DNA of 64,000 bases from an uncultured virus (IMG/VR IMGVR_UViG_3300027542_000008) (lineage: Duplodnaviria; Heunggongvirae; Uroviricota; Caudoviricetes): positions 1-64,000 of IMG/VR virus record IMGVR_UViG_3300027542_000008; one strand, 5' to 3'. The translations under genes and the position numbers were made by a program. Below the pieces are notes generated by a model. That model had not been told where the DNA came from. It saw only the letters and a list, made by a program, of their open reading frames with translations, and ran no database searches. This document shows positions 17,415 to 26,821 of this stretch, piece by piece (position 1 is the first letter of the stretch; each line of letters opens with the position of its first letter).

Positions 17415-18989
17415 CTACACTTCAACCGTTAATCCGTTGCGGAAATGATAAATCAGCTTTCCGTCCCTTTGAACCACCACTTTATCAACCGTCATAAACC
17501 AGAGCTTATTATCGAATTCTTCCACCGCTTCATCGCGCTCGTGAAGCTCGAACATAAACGCGCCGATTGTTTCCGCTTTCTGTATGCGCTGTGTGCGCTG
17601 CTCCATCAATTCCTTAATTCGCGCATCAGCCTTTTTCGCTCTCTCATCCAGCGGGTTGTATTTCGCCCAGAACTCATCCTGGTCCTGAACCTTGCGCGAG
17701 TTATCTTCAATCATCTTCCGAAGCATTTCTCGAACCACCATAAACTCATCGGTTACGGTTTTCAATTCTTCGTCCAATGCTGCAGTGTCGGATAGCACCG
17801 CCTGCATTTCCCGGCAATCTTCCAGCAGGCTTTCCTTAATGCCTATCAAGCTGTTGATGGCTTTGAGGAACCCCTCTTTCAACTGCTCTTCCGTGAGGGT
17901 GGGCGTTGCGCATTTCTCGCCGTGATATTTGCCGTTACAGCGGTATATTATCTTTCGGTATTTACTATTCGAATGCCAGACCTTTTGCCCGTAGAACTCG
18001 CCACAATCGCCGCACACAACCTTTGAAGCAAAAGGTGCGCAACAGCTATATTTCCCTTTGTTTGCTTTCCGGCGCTGAATTTCACCTTGCACAATTTCAA
18101 ATTCCGCTGGCGTTATTATTGCCGGGTGGCTGTCTTCTACATAATACTGCGGGACCTTTCCATCGTTGACTATCATTTTCTTTTCGAGGAAGTCCACCGT
18201 ATATTTCTTCTGCAGAAGCGCCGAACCTCTGTATTTTTCATTTTGTAGAATACTTTCAATAGTGCTTGATTTCCAGGGAATAACCTTCCCTGTCGGGGTA
18301 GGGATTTGCTGTTCTGTCAGGTAATTCGCTATGCCGTAGCTCGTCTTGCCTTCCAGAAAAAGCGAGTAAATCAACCTGACCACCTCTGCCTGTTCCGGCA
18401 CGATTTCCGGCAGATCGTTTTCACCTTTTTTATAACCCAGAAACCTTTTATAAGGCATATTAACTTTTCCGTCCGCAAATCGCTTCCGCTGTCCCCACGT
18501 TACGTTATCACTTATGCTTCGGCTTTCGTCCTGCGCCAGCGAACTCATAATCGTTATGAGCAACTCGCCCTTGCTATCCAACGTGTAGATGTTTTCCTTT
18601 TCAAAGTAAACCTCTATGCCTTTCTCTTTCAGCTTTCGGACCGTAACCAGAGTGTCAACCGTGTTTCGTGCAAATCGGCTGATGGACTTAGTAACAATTA
18701 AATCAATCTTTCCGGCAAGCGCATCGTCTATCATTTCTTTGAACCCTTTCCTACGCTTGGTATTCGTACCGGTTATTGCCTTGTCCGTATAAACTTTTAC
18801 AAACTCCCAATCCGGTCGTCCCTGAATATACTTCGTATAGTAATCAACCTGCGCATCGTATGAGGTTTCCTGTTCTTCACTTGCGGTGGAAACTCGCGCA
18901 TATGCAGCCACCTTTTTCTTTTTGAACGTGTTATTATCAACGCCGGTATAAAAATCCTTTGTTGCTGGAATTACTGTAACCTTCGGCAT
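17415..18989 (-). CDS. Large serine recombinase
   Basis: AYARVST, KSISRFARN, Zn ribbon CGDCG, coiled coil. Confidence 0.93.
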   Translation of the reverse strand: MPKVTVIPATKDFYTGVDNNTFKKKKVAAYARVSTASEEQETSYDAQVDYYTKYIQGRPDWEFVKVYTDKAITGTNTKRRKGFKEMIDDALAGKIDLIVTKSISRFARNTVDTLVTVRKLKEKGIEVYFEKENIYTLDSKGELLITIMSSLAQDESRSISDNVTWGQRKRFADGKVNMPYKRFLGYKKGENDLPEIVPEQAEVVRLIYSLFLEGKTSYGIANYLTEQQIPTPTGKVIPWKSSTIESILQNEKYRGSALLQKKYTVDFLEKKMIVNDGKVPQYYVEDSHPAIITPAEFEIVQGEIQRRKANKGKYSCCAPFASKVVCGDCGEFYGQKVWHSNSKYRKIIYRCNGKYHGEKCATPTLTEEQLKEGFLKAINSLIGIKESLLEDCREMQAVLSDTAALDEELKTVTDEFMVVREMLRKMIEDNSRKVQDQDEFWAKYNPLDERAKKADARIKELMEQRTQRIQKAETIGAFMFELHERDEAVEEFDNKLWFMTVDKVVVQRDGKLIYHFRNGLTVEV

Positions 18990-20305
18990 TATTGCACCCT
19001 CCTTTTTAACTCTTCTTGTCTTTCCGCTTCCTTAATCTTCGCTTTCAATTTCATTTCCGGTGTCCAGCTTTCGGCGCGGGACCTGTCTTTCCAAACACGC
19101 TCAACCACCTCGCCGTTCTTCAAGTGAAACACCAGCCGGTTTCCTTCAAAGGCATCGATAAAATCAATGGCATCGTGGATGTTCTTGTAGTTTAACCCGG
19201 TGATGCCAAGCACCTCTTCGGTAACGCTCACCATCGTATCTTCGCGTATCTGTTTTGACTGCGGGCAGGATTGCTTCCCGTGAACCACAAATGTGTTACA
19301 GCGCCAAAGCCAGGAACTATAACCTTTGCACCGGCGGTAATTCACCCCGCAATATGGGCAGCGAATCAGGCTCGTAAATAGGTACATCATATACGGAGCT
19401 TTCTTCGGAAGATTCGCGTTTCGGCGTTCAATCTCAGCCTGCGCTTGCTGGTATGTTTCCATTGAAATAATCGGCTCGTGCGTTTCCTGACAATGATACT
19501 TTGGTTTCCTACCATCGTTCACTATCGATTTTTTTGTCATAAAATTTTCTCGGTAGGTTTTCTGTAAAATCAGGTTGCCGGTATAAGCGTAGTTGCGCAG
19601 GATATTATAAACCGATGTCCTTTGCCATTTTTCTGCACGCCTGGGTTTGATGCCATCTCGATTCAAGCCGCGCAGAATTGATTCCCTTCCTTTCCCGGCA
19701 AGGAACTCTGCGAAAATTCGCTTCACCACTTCCGCTTCCTCCGGAATAATCTGGAGCTGACAATCTACTGCTTTGTAACCGTAAATCTGCATCCCCCAGA
19801 CCTTGCCTTCTTCGAAGTTCCGCTTTACCCTCCAGAGCTGATTTTCGCTTGCTGACCTGCTCTCTTCCTGCGCATACGATGCGAGAATTGTCAGCATCAC
19901 TTCGCCTTCGGTTGAGAGCGTGAAAATGTTCTGCTCTTCGAAGTAAATCTCGATGCCCATATCCTTGAGTTCTCGAACCGCCTGCAGAAGCGTTACTGTG
20001 TTTCGCGCAAACCTGGTGATGGACTTTGTGATGATCAGGTCAATGTTTCCCTTGCGACATTCTGCCAGCATTTCCTGAAACTGCTCACGGGAGTCCTTCG
20101 TTCCGGTTTCAGCTTCGTCCGCATATACCCCGCAGAACTTCCAAGCTGCGCGGGACTGAATGAGGCGTTGGTAATAACTGACCTGCGCCGAAAGCGAATG
20201 CAGCATTTCATCCTTTCCACTTGAAACTCTGGCGTATGCGCATACCCTTTTTATTTGCGCTGCCTTCGGAAGCGTAGGTCTTACTAACTGTACCGTCCTT
20301 TCCAT
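18989..20305 (-). CDS. Large serine recombinase
   Basis: AYARVSS, KSITRFARN, CPYCG; start MERTV after RBS aggagg. Confidence 0.93.
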   Translation of the reverse strand: MERTVQLVRPTLPKAAQIKRVCAYARVSSGKDEMLHSLSAQVSYYQRLIQSRAAWKFCGVYADEAETGTKDSREQFQEMLAECRKGNIDLIITKSITRFARNTVTLLQAVRELKDMGIEIYFEEQNIFTLSTEGEVMLTILASYAQEESRSASENQLWRVKRNFEEGKVWGMQIYGYKAVDCQLQIIPEEAEVVKRIFAEFLAGKGRESILRGLNRDGIKPRRAEKWQRTSVYNILRNYAYTGNLILQKTYRENFMTKKSIVNDGRKPKYHCQETHEPIISMETYQQAQAEIERRNANLPKKAPYMMYLFTSLIRCPYCGVNYRRCKGYSSWLWRCNTFVVHGKQSCPQSKQIREDTMVSVTEEVLGITGLNYKNIHDAIDFIDAFEGNRLVFHLKNGEVVERVWKDRSRAESWTPEMKLKAKIKEAERQEELKRRVQ

Positions 20306-20315
20306 TTCACCCTCC

Positions 20316-20711
20316 TCAATCTGCCAAAAGCATATCAAACCGGAGAGCCGCTTCCGCATCAAGGGAATATAGGTTTTCAAGCTCGAAGAAAACGCCTACC
20401 CCGCATTTTTTCAAAATGCTCATTATCTTTTCGAACTTCCTCACATCGCGCGAAAACCTGGAAACCGACTTTGTAATAATCAAGTCAATTTTGCGCTTCT
20501 TGCAGTCTTTCAGCATTCGCTTCATATCCCTGTCTTTCAGCCGCAGGTCGGTATAAATCCCGGCGTTCGTCCAACCATCGACACCATTGATTAACCGGTT
20601 GTAGTATTCGGTTTGGATGTCCGGCAGAGCCGCAGGAACGGGCTTGCGGCGAACATACGCGCAAACCCTCAAAGGTCGTTGTTGCTTCAATTTTTCCAGC
20701 TTGTTTTCCAT
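20316..20711 (-). CDS. Resolvase-domain-only protein lacking catalytic serine
   Basis: VCAYVRRKP; IDLIITKSVSRFSR; start MENKL after RBS aggagg. Confidence 0.8.
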   Translation of the reverse strand: MENKLEKLKQQRPLRVCAYVRRKPVPAALPDIQTEYYNRLINGVDGWTNAGIYTDLRLKDRDMKRMLKDCKKRKIDLIITKSVSRFSRDVRKFEKIMSILKKCGVGVFFELENLYSLDAEAALRFDMLLAD

Positions 20712-20770
20712 AGAAAACCTCCTTGTTTTTTGGCATGCGTATATTACCTCTAAACCGAATTTATATCCAC

Positions 20771-20947
20771 TCATTTTCGGGCATAATTTCGGAAAATAGA
20801 GGTAATTTTGATACAATATTTTTCACACATTTTCTGGTCGATTTTATAATGCTCGGCTTCCGATATAATCCCTTGCGCAAGCATTGAATCTGCCATACTC
20901 ATGGCGAGTTTATAACCCGTTATCCTCTCCGCTTCTTCTTTCGTCAT
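20771..20947 (-). CDS. Small SHOCT-like protein of the recombinase cluster
   Basis: MLAQGIISEAEHYKID motif. Confidence 0.65.
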   Translation of the reverse strand: MTKEEAERITGYKLAMSMADSMLAQGIISEAEHYKIDQKMCEKYCIKITSIFRNYARK

Positions 20948-21317
20948 TCCCCTTCCGGCGGGCAGCGGCGAAACAACTTCTTGAACAGTATTTTCTCTTG
21001 GCGTTTCCATAAGCAGTGAACTCCTTTCCGCATTGCGGGCAGATATATTTGTAGAAGGTTTTCCTTTTTATAACGGTCTGGTGTGAATTCCACCAAAGTA
21101 AACGGCAGCGGTCAGAGCAGAACTGTTTCCGCTTCCGATGTGGCAATGACTCTATCATTTTCTCGCAACAAAGACATCGGTTCTCATATCGTTTATTGTA
21201 CCGATTGAGAAACGTGCGCACCGTATCCGCAGGGATATCCAGCTCCCGTGCAATCTTTGAAAACCCTAAACCCTCACGCCGTAACGCAAGAACCCGGTTT
21301 CTCAATTCATCTGTCAT
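20910..21317 (-). CDS. HTH + Zn-finger regulator
   Basis: LRREGLGFSKIARELDI; FCSDRC, CPQCG, YCSRSC. Confidence 0.8.
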   Translation of the reverse strand: MTDELRNRVLALRREGLGFSKIARELDIPADTVRTFLNRYNKRYENRCLCCEKMIESLPHRKRKQFCSDRCRLLWWNSHQTVIKRKTFYKYICPQCGKEFTAYGNAKRKYCSRSCFAAARRKGNDERRSGEDNGL

Positions 21318-21382
21318 AAAAAGGTCCTCCTACCATTCGGAGATTTCAAACCTATTTTGAGGGGGTATTTTTATAAAAAAAT

Positions 21383-21417
21383 AAAGCCTACCCAGGATTA
21401 ACTCCCAGATAGGCTTT
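21383..21417 (-). terminator. Terminator after lysis module
   Basis: aaagccta...taggcttt stem with T-rich tail on the minus strand. Confidence 0.6.
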
Positions 21418-21444
21418 CAGAGTTTATTCAGTTTTACTTCCGCA

Positions 21445-21825
21445 TCATGCGTTTTTCAAAAGGTTAATTGAACTTTCGATTTGGTTGGTAAGCCACCCGT
21501 CAAGATTACCGAAGTTTGTGGTAATGTATTTTTTCACATCTTCACCAAACTGAGAAAGAGCGATATCCTTTGCCTTTTTTAACGCTTCCACTTGCGCATC
21601 CGGTCCGAAAGAACCGCTTGCTTTCAAGCTCTCCACATACGTTTGGAACACGCTTCTCACAGCGTTTAGCACGACAGTCGTTGCGGTAGAAAGCAACGTT
21701 GCTGCCTTTTCATTTTTGACCTTTGTGCCGATGTACTGAATGAGCTTCGTTCCCGCCCAAGTAATAAGCGGCAGCAACACCGTAGTCACCACCGCCGAAA
21801 TGATATTTATTAAGATGTCGTTCAC
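21445..21825 (-). CDS. Holin-like protein (LL-H type)
   Basis: N-terminal TM helix; AVRSVFQTYV; position at end of late operon. Confidence 0.65.
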   Translation of the reverse strand: MNDILINIISAVVTTVLLPLITWAGTKLIQYIGTKVKNEKAATLLSTATTVVLNAVRSVFQTYVESLKASGSFGPDAQVEALKKAKDIALSQFGEDVKKYITTNFGNLDGWLTNQIESSINLLKNA

Positions 21826-21837
21826 TTTTTGCCTCCT

Positions 21838-22107
21838 TTATTTATGCGCCTGTTGATTGATATAAGTTTCAATCTTATCAATCGCTATCGTTACAGGACC
21901 ATCACAGCCCTGCTCTTTCAGTCCTTTTAAGCACGCAAGCACACCCTGCGTGAGAATAGACTGTTCTTCCTTTATGACCTTAATATCGTCATCCTGTTTT
22001 TCCTGCTTCAAGTACCACTTATGCACCGAAAGAATTACTCCCAGAATAACCCCAAGCGCAGTGATCACTGATGCAATCGAAATAATAATCGCAGCCACAG
22101 TGCCCAA
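21838..22107 (-). CDS. Small membrane protein of lysis module
   Basis: One TM helix; GVLACLKGLKEQGCDGPV. Confidence 0.65.
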   Translation of the reverse strand: MGTVAAIIISIASVITALGVILGVILSVHKWYLKQEKQDDDIKVIKEEQSILTQGVLACLKGLKEQGCDGPVTIAIDKIETYINQQAHK

Positions 22108-22119
22108 ATTCTACCTCCT

Positions 22120-22515
22120 TTAATCTTCGAATACGACCAGTCCTTCCAGAAGCAGCATTTCCTCCGGCGTGGGCAAATCGTCCGTTGATTTGAAATCTTC
22201 CTCACGGATGCACACCGGTGTTATTCCATCAACCGGCGTTTCGTTCAACTTCAAGATTTCCGCTTCAAAATCTTTCTTCGCTTGAACATCCTTCAGCTTA
22301 AGTCTTCCGTCCGCAAGAAAAACGGGAGAGCCGTTTTCATCCTTTTCGGAATAAAGTTCCACGGCTTTCTTTTCAGCTTCAGTGTAGAACTCTGTCTCAG
22401 CATCGACTGTTTTGCGCAGTTTTACAAGTTCCCTCAGAACCCGATAACTTGAAAAGCGCCTCGCGGTCAACCGCTGCAGGGGTTCTTTTGCTTTTACAAC
22501 TTCAATTAAAATCAT
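22120..22515 (-). CDS. Phage hypothetical protein
   Basis: RBS aggag; lies between tail and lysis genes. Confidence 0.7.
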   Translation of the reverse strand: MILIEVVKAKEPLQRLTARRFSSYRVLRELVKLRKTVDAETEFYTEAEKKAVELYSEKDENGSPVFLADGRLKLKDVQAKKDFEAEILKLNETPVDGITPVCIREEDFKSTDDLPTPEEMLLLEGLVVFED

Positions 22516-22533
22516 AATGACACTCTCCTTTTA

Positions 22534-22914
22534 TTACTTGTTTTTTAACCATTCCGGTGTTTCGGGTGCGACACCAGTCTCTGTAACATCGAGCCAACTC
22601 TGATACCAGATTTCCAACTCTGCCTTTTCTTCCAGAGTGAGCTTCTCATACCAGAGCGCTCCGCGATTTATAACCGAGAAGCATTTTTCATTGCGTTGCA
22701 GACGCAGGTTTTCAAGCCGCCCATATTCGGCAAAGGCTTTTGCTTTTTGCTTGTATTCTTCCGTCTTTGTATATTCGTAGAAGAATAATGCGCCGTTATA
22801 GCCATTCACTATGTGGTAATTCTCACGATCCATCACTTTGCAGTTATCGTTAAACCGCTCGAATCCGTCCTCAATTATCTCTTCGTTTTCATTTTGAAGA
22901 TAGTAAATCTTCAT
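22534..22914 (-). CDS. Putative tail-fibre assembly chaperone
   Basis: LRLQRN...WYQSWLDVT...PETPEWL pattern; follows tail spike. Confidence 0.6.
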   Translation of the reverse strand: MKIYYLQNENEEIIEDGFERFNDNCKVMDRENYHIVNGYNGALFFYEYTKTEEYKQKAKAFAEYGRLENLRLQRNEKCFSVINRGALWYEKLTLEEKAELEIWYQSWLDVTETGVAPETPEWLKNK

Positions 22915-22916
22915 TT

Positions 22917-25900
22917 TTACCTCCCGAAAATTAAGCAATAAAACCCGTGTGGCAGCCCATTACTATCTACTACCACATAAACGGTTGTGCCAGAAATATA
23001 AATCCCGTAATTGGCTCTTTTATTTATTAAGTTGTTATCGCCATTAAGGTTGCTGCCCTCGCCGTTTGTGCTTTTTTCCTTCGGGATAACTATTGCCCCT
23101 GATACAGATGTTAAGCCATGAATACTACTCGAAATGGAAACACGTGAATCGTTAGAAACACTGCTGTTATAACTCCAAAAATAGAATTTATGCCCAACAA
23201 GGTCATAGGTTCTTCCCGTGTTTACGTCTCGCATTCGCCAAGAACCTGAATAGTAGCTGTCATAAACCAGCTCAGCAAGTTGGTAGTTTACAAACCTTAA
23301 ATATGCACCCCATTCCTGAGAAGGCATATACGGCGATTTTGCATATTTTCTGCACAATCCCAAAATAAACGGAACTGCAGAACCGGTTGTATAGCCGCCA
23401 TCGACATTATAGGAAGGCTCAGAAAATGCAGTAATACAGCCTTCAGCAACCGTTGTGCTGGAATAAGAACTTGTACTTAAGCGTTTTGAATAAGTCGGCG
23501 TTATCTTGATTCCGCAATAAACGCTCGAATTATATGATGATATTGATATGGCGCTATGCGATAAAGACCAGCCCCTTGAACCTGCCGATTCCTGATATCT
23601 GCTATAACAAGTATTCGCTCCAAGATAAGTCGTATAGTTCCCGCTTGTAATTTGAATTGAAGAACCGCCGCCTGCGTTCGTAAGGCTACTCGAATTTATA
23701 GTGAATCCACCTATCGTTCCACTTGTTGCCGTTATCGTCCCGGATATTTCCGCATTAGTCGCGTAGAGCTTACCCGCGGCAGTAACATAAAAAGTCCCCG
23801 CACCCAAGCCAATACCGTCCGTGCCTATATAGACACCTTCTGTTGAATTACTGTATGAAGTTTTGCTTTTGTAAATAGACGAGGTTGAAATCGTAAATCC
23901 GCCAATAGTTCCACTCGGCGCGGAGAGCTTTCCGCTGAAAACTGCTGTCGAAGCCTTATCTATTCTCAACCCCGGAAGGCTTATGTAATAGTTTCCATCG
24001 TTATAGTTCGCGCTGATATAATATGACTTGTCTCCACCGAAATACAGATAACCGTCAATCGTAAGATTTCCTATAGAGCCGCTGGTCGCATCGATTGCAC
24101 CTACAACCGAGAGTCCAGAACTGGTTATCGACATTACCGCGGTTGCATTTGAATACACATAAAAGCCTGTGGATTTCAACACCCAGCCAAAGGCTGAAGC
24201 GCTGCTTCCATAGGTTTCATCAACCTTCTTCGAAACCTCCGCAGATATTTCGGTGGTAGTTTGCTTCAACGTTGAGACCGCTGCTTCCACCGAGACAAGT
24301 TTTCCTTCTGCCGTTGTAACTCTGGTAGTAACAGCGGAAACTGAACTCGTCAAACCATCAACGCTGCTTTCAAGCGAAGCCTGCTTTGTAGTTACGGTTT
24401 TAACACTTGTGGTAAGCGCACCAACATTGCCGGAAAGCACACCTACATCTGAAGCCAAATCATCTACTGCTGTCTGCGCCTGATTCGCCGTAGTTTGTGC
24501 TTTGTCTGCAGAAGCCTGTGCCTTATTCGCAGAAGTCTGTGCTTGGTTTGCGGAACTCTGTGCGTTATTTGCTTCCGTTTGAACCTTTTCGACTGCTTCC
24601 ATTTTTGCATAGGCTTTTATGACCACCTCACCTGTATCCAAGTTCCAAAACGAAGAACCGTCAACGGAAGAAATCGTACCGGCTTTTATGATATTTGCCA
24701 CCAGCGTTCCGGAAGAAATGAAATCTGCAACTATTCTGCCATCTGCGGTAATAGCCGTGTCATAGGGTCCATTGTACCCCTTACTTGAAAAGCCGAGACC
24801 GTTTACGTTCCAACGCCAAATGTTAACCGCATCTTCAATTTTCGGTGCATCCATAATCAACAGCTCATACGGTTGCCCTGTTTCCGCATTTGTATGGATT
24901 ACCACATACCCGCCGGTCTGCCCAGTTATTAACTCAGTTGCACGGCGGATAGCCGAGTTAATAAGCATCGGCACCTTATTCGCGGACGCGTTTGCTTTTT
25001 CCATCACCTTTTCAAGCTCGGTTGTACTCTGCTCAATTGAACTCAGAAGACTTCCTTTTGCCGAACCGAGCGACACAGAGGTATACTTCTCTGAAAGAGT
25101 GTTATAAACAGTTTTGATAACTTTTGCCTTTGCTTTCACTCCCAGCACCGAATGTTTAATCGTTACCGTATCACAAAGTGAGAGCCGTTCCAAAACTGCC
25201 GTATATTCCGGTTGCTGCCAGAGAGGTTCGAAAGAGATGGTTATGTTAGGAACCGATGCTGCAAGTGAATGGTTCGAAATATACGAAAGCGCTTTATTCC
25301 GCAGCATATTTTCCGTGATTAGCGTTCCATCTTCAAATGACTCGGTTAAATCCAGAAATAAAGTTTTTGTATGCAGCAGCTCGGAACCTTCCACCGGGAG
25401 TAAGACCTCCGGAAGCGTTACCAATATTTGACCGTCTTCATCACTATCCATAAAAGCAAAGGGCAGCAACGAAGTATAGACCTCCGTGTCCTCGCTTTCA
25501 TGATTAAATTTTGTCAGGTTTTTTCCGTATTCAATAACAACATCGGTGTGTTCCCCGCGCCCCTGGTGATGTTTGATTTCAAAGTTGTCCCATTCAAATT
25601 CGCCACCCCAAAGCGAAAGCACAGACCCTTCCTCTCCTCCCAAGCAAGCTCTGATGCTCTTGGGTTTATCCACAGAAAAGTCCTTTGCCACCGAATAGTC
25701 CGTCTGGAACGAGAAGTTGTGCGCCTGAGTCGCGTGTTGGAGGATATAATCCATAGCAAGCTGCGGCGTGGTTGACTTTTTCTCGAACGGTAGCACTCCA
25801 ATACCTGAAAGGTCATAGGAAATGTGCTGCGCGTAAACCGTAATCGTTCCGTTGATAGGCAGCGAAATTTTATAAATTCGGAATGCCTGCGCCGCCTTGG

Positions 25901-26096
25901 TATCATTCGGCTTTGCCTTGATTATACGGTCCTTCAGGATTTCACTGTAAAGCCGCCCGCTTGAAGGGTAGGTTATTTTACACTCAAAAGTGCCGTTGCG
26001 CTCTTCTGTTACTTCACAAGTAAGAGCTTCAGTAAGAGCGCCAATGCCATAGGTACTGAAGTCGGTGGCATCGGCTTTGAATAAAATAGGAATCAT
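22917..26096 (-). CDS. Tail spike / Tal-like (prophage endopeptidase) tail protein with fibre repeats
   Basis: VTEERNG, FRIYKI, YGKNL motifs; heptad coiled coil; GTIGGFTI repeats. Confidence 0.85.
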   Translation of the reverse strand: MIPILFKADATDFSTYGIGALTEALTCEVTEERNGTFECKITYPSSGRLYSEILKDRIIKAKPNDTKAAQAFRIYKISLPINGTITVYAQHISYDLSGIGVLPFEKKSTTPQLAMDYILQHATQAHNFSFQTDYSVAKDFSVDKPKSIRACLGGEEGSVLSLWGGEFEWDNFEIKHHQGRGEHTDVVIEYGKNLTKFNHESEDTEVYTSLLPFAFMDSDEDGQILVTLPEVLLPVEGSELLHTKTLFLDLTESFEDGTLITENMLRNKALSYISNHSLAASVPNITISFEPLWQQPEYTAVLERLSLCDTVTIKHSVLGVKAKAKVIKTVYNTLSEKYTSVSLGSAKGSLLSSIEQSTTELEKVMEKANASANKVPMLINSAIRRATELITGQTGGYVVIHTNAETGQPYELLIMDAPKIEDAVNIWRWNVNGLGFSSKGYNGPYDTAITADGRIVADFISSGTLVANIIKAGTISSVDGSSFWNLDTGEVVIKAYAKMEAVEKVQTEANNAQSSANQAQTSANKAQASADKAQTTANQAQTAVDDLASDVGVLSGNVGALTTSVKTVTTKQASLESSVDGLTSSVSAVTTRVTTAEGKLVSVEAAVSTLKQTTTEISAEVSKKVDETYGSSASAFGWVLKSTGFYVYSNATAVMSITSSGLSVVGAIDATSGSIGNLTIDGYLYFGGDKSYYISANYNDGNYYISLPGLRIDKASTAVFSGKLSAPSGTIGGFTISTSSIYKSKTSYSNSTEGVYIGTDGIGLGAGTFYVTAAGKLYATNAEISGTITATSGTIGGFTINSSSLTNAGGGSSIQITSGNYTTYLGANTCYSRYQESAGSRGWSLSHSAISISSYNSSVYCGIKITPTYSKRLSTSSYSSTTVAEGCITAFSEPSYNVDGGYTTGSAVPFILGLCRKYAKSPYMPSQEWGAYLRFVNYQLAELVYDSYYSGSWRMRDVNTGRTYDLVGHKFYFWSYNSSVSNDSRVSISSSIHGLTSVSGAIVIPKEKSTNGEGSNLNGDNNLINKRANYGIYISGTTVYVVVDSNGLPHGFYCLIFGR

Positions 26097-26821
26097 AAGC
26101 ACATCCACCTTGGAATAATTTCGATACTTGTTATTGCGCCTTCAAACGATACCTCGTTTCTACCGGGGTACAGAATAGGAAAACCATCCCCGCTCACGGT
26201 GTCATTCTTAGACTGCATATCGTGATAAAAGTTCATTTGCTCACTGTCCGCTTCTGTATATCCGTTTAAGGTTTTGAAGATCCAAATTTTATTCGAACCT
26301 TCCGACTGAATTATGAGCCTTCCTTCGCCCCTGCCGTTCACTTTTATGTACGGCTTTGCGTTAAACGGATACGGATTTATCATTGTAATGGAATTTGTGC
26401 TATCAATTTTCCGCTGTCCTTCCAACGAATACCTGAACGGATAGCAGGAAAATGTTATCGTAAAAGTACCAATCTTTCTGCACTGTTCACCAATGTCCAG
26501 CTTGTTGCTTATAACAGCTTTGCGAAAAAACAGTGTGTCGTAGCTGTCCGACAAAATGTGGTACCGGTCAGGCTGCGTATAAAGCCACGCTTTAATTGCA
26601 GTTAACTTTTTGCCCAACTCATCTATACTTTTTGCCGGCACAAAACAGGTATAAGAAACTGTCGCATTCGGAAACCTACCGCTCGGCACCAACAGCTCAC
26701 CGTCCCTGCCAGGAATAGCAACACTGCTGATGTCGAACTTAGGTGCCGAATATATGCTCTTTGACTGTATGCGGACGCCCATATCCGCAGATGATATTCC
26801 ATTGTATGTGAATTGTATCAC
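26093..26821 (-). CDS. Distal tail protein (Dit)
   Basis: FTYNGISS...IPGRDG...FSCYPF...PGRNEV; follows tape measure. Confidence 0.8.
   Translation of the reverse strand: MIQFTYNGISSADMGVRIQSKSIYSAPKFDISSVAIPGRDGELLVPSGRFPNATVSYTCFVPAKSIDELGKKLTAIKAWLYTQPDRYHILSDSYDTLFFRKAVISNKLDIGEQCRKIGTFTITFSCYPFRYSLEGQRKIDSTNSITMINPYPFNAKPYIKVNGRGEGRLIIQSEGSNKIWIFKTLNGYTEADSEQMNFYHDMQSKNDTVSGDGFPILYPGRNEVSFEGAITSIEIIPRWMCL

Noticed and set aside
22917..26096. Diversity-generating retroelement target in tail protein
   Set aside because: No reverse transcriptase and no TR/VR repeat pair seen in the window
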